Part shown: positions 23,743 to 25,718 of the stretch, one piece after another
Position numbering within the stretch: the stretch's first letter is position 1
Layout: each line of letters starts with the position of its first letter
Virus record (IMG/VR): IMGVR_UViG_3300035524_000106
Span: 1 to 25,718 of that record
DNA length: 25,718 nt
Strand: one strand, 5' to 3'
From: a virus
Lineage: Duplodnaviria > Caudoviricetes
Notes under the pieces: generated by a model
Databases searched by the model: none
What the model was told of the DNA's origin: nothing
What the model saw: the letters and a program-made list of their open reading frames with translations, nothing else
Translations under genes and position numbers: made by a program

Positions 23743-24464
23743 TATAATCCTTCCTCATAATCATAAATTGTTTTATTATTTTCTTTATCTCCTGAAACTA
23801 AAATCGTTTGAGTATCTCTATTTAATTCTCTAGTTTCTTTTGATGAAAAAATTGGAGTATAAATTTCTTTAATTAATTTAGAATCTGTAATTGGTTTAAA
23901 AAGTAATGTATGAGCAGTAAAAGATAATACTCAATTTATTGTTCTATAATCAGTTTCTGGTATTTCTAATGATTCATCTAAAGAAGCAGAATTAAGAACA
24001 ATTTTAACATCAAATGAATTATTTATTTCTGGTATATTAATAGTAGTAAAAATAGCTGGATTAAAAAATGGTAAAATTTGTTCAATTATTTGATCAATTT
24101 CTGAAGAATATTCTGCTGTAATTGCAAGATCAAATGATACATTATATGGAGTAGGCATAGGATAATCTGAAATAACTGTATTTCCTGCAGATACTTGTAT
24201 AGTAGATGTATCGTTAGTTAATCTTGTATCAATAGCAGAATCTATTCCAGTAATATTTCCTGCCATCATAGGTAAATGAATTTCATGTCTTCTATCATAA
24301 GCCCAAGATCAAAATTTTTGTTTTGGAGCATATTTTAAAGGAACTTCAATAAATTTATTAATTGATCCATCTTTATTATATTTAGCTATTTGTATGTTAT
24401 TAAAAACATCAAGAAATTGAATAATTGTTTTTCTAAGCGTTTTAAAATAATAATATCCCTGCAT
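23742..24464 (-). CDS. gp15: Tail sheath stabilizer / terminator, T4 gp15-like, 240 aa
   Basis: YYYFKTLRKTIIQFLDVFNNI, VPLKYAPKQKF, PTPYNVSFDL, QIIEQILPFFNP and RTINWVLSFT. Confidence 0.9.
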
Positions 24465-25136
24465 TTAATCTAATCCTCCATATCCATATACTGAAGTATC
24501 TATATCTTTGTAATTTTCAATTTTATTACTTTCTTCTTCAATATAATCATTTTCACCATAAGCACTTGTTGGTTTACTTACTGTAGTTTCATTAATTTCT
24601 GGAAAATCAATTTCACTAGGTGTATCAAATATAATATCATCTGCACTTTCACTTTGAGAACTATATCTATAAGGTCTACAAATAAATTCTCAAATCATTT
24701 TTTTACCTTGAAAAATTTTGTTTTCACTTCCTACATCAGCAATTTCATAAGATTTATTATTTCATAATGTTTTAATTACATCACCAATTTTAGGAATAAA
24801 CGTATTTGAAACATCTCTAGAAAATATAGATTTACTTATTTGCATTGCTTCTATTGTATCATCTGATGTCATACCAAATACATTTAATATTTCAATTTCA
24901 TTGGTTGGTTCATATAATAATTTTGTAGTATATGGACCATTTCATTCAGAAACAGAATTTTCTCCATATAATGTATCAGGATTTCCTGCAGATAAATTTA
25001 AACTTCAATATTCAATAGGAAATCCCCCAATATCATTAAATTCAGAAATTACTGAATCAAATAATTCATATTCTTGTTCAGATTGATTTAAATCTAATAA
25101 TTCTCATTCTGGAACAGCAGTAATTGATAAACTCAT
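24465..25136 (-). CDS. gp14: Neck protein, T4 gp14-like, 223 aa
   Basis: EYELFDSVISEFNDIGG, DTLYGE, FGMTSDD, PKIGDVI and YEIADV. Lies between gp13 and gp15. Missing from the ORF track because of TGA. Confidence 0.82.
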
Positions 25137-25137
25137 T

Positions 25138-25718
25138 TTACATTACTCCCATTGAAATCCCATAACCATCAAATGCATATTTTTCATCTAATTCTTCTTC
25201 TAATTTATCTTTTTCTTCTTTTCCTTCTGATAATAATTCAGACCCATCTAAAGTAATTCCAACATTACCAATACTTCCTGATCCATTAGAAAATTTTCGT
25301 CTTATATGTCCTAAAGTCATTTTTAGTAATGCTAAAGCATATTCTTGTACTCATTTTTCATTACATAATTTATCTACATAATCTTCTCAATTTCAATTAT
25401 TTAAAAAAGATCCAGTATAAGCATAACTTCTAATTAATAAATATGTATTTTTATCTGGCACCGGTGTTAAAGATAATTTTTTATCAAATCTAGAAAATCT
25501 ATATGTATAACTATCAACAGTAAATCTAGCCAGTGTTTCTAAAAAATCTAATGCTTGTTGATATCCAATTAATCCATTTCCATTAACAAAAGTATCTGGA
25601 TTTAAAATTCCATTTGAATAAAAATAATTTTCAATAGTAAATAATGTATTTATTCCAGAAACATAACCACCTTCTTCATAATCAATAATATCTGTAATAC
25701 CTTTTGGCATTTCATATT
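25138..25718 (-). CDS. gp13: Neck protein, T4 gp13-like (5' partial)
   Basis: NEKWVQEYALALLKMTLGHIRRKF...GITLDGSELLSEGKEEKDKLEEEL. Two ORF fragments share one frame. Confidence 0.88.

Noticed and set aside
954-25718. Decayed prophage with many nonsense mutations
   Set aside because: The interruptions read are TGA only, keep frame, and sit at conserved Trp positions. Random decay would also give TAA/TAG stops and frameshifts.
954-25718. TGA=Gly (code 25) or selenocysteine
   Set aside because: TGA maps to Trp motifs (PWFAPAG, WGDKT, FDDW, LPWA), not to Gly or Cys. The conserved Gly codons read are GGN.
1-25718. CRISPR array, tRNA (including a TCA suppressor), DGR repeats, invertase or integrase
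   Set aside because: None recognisable by eye. The intergenic gaps are short and mostly explained. tRNAscan-SE and a self dot-plot would confirm.

Overview
Very AT-rich segment of a T4-related (contractile-tailed) phage genome that reads TGA as tryptophan (genetic code 4). The fragmented standard-code ORF track joins into an intact, tightly packed minus-strand neck, tail and baseplate operon once TGA is read as Trp. The order is gp13, gp14, gp15, gp3, gp18 sheath, gp19 tube, gp26-like/gp51-like, tape measure, gp48, gp53, gp27, gp5, PAAR, gp25, gp6, a ~1884-aa repeat-rich gp7-like protein, two fibre proteins, two hypothetical proteins and a beta-helix tailspike. This operon converges at a bidirectional terminator on a plus-strand C2H2 zinc-finger gene. 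Other highlights: a probable programmed -1 frameshift (TTT TTT TTC TAA) fusing the gp26-like and gp51-like chaperones in the lambda G/GT position; four identical 15-nt T4-type late-promoter motifs; and a CpG-rich, apparently swapped tailspike module. Family calls come from motif recognition and manual translation, not database searches.
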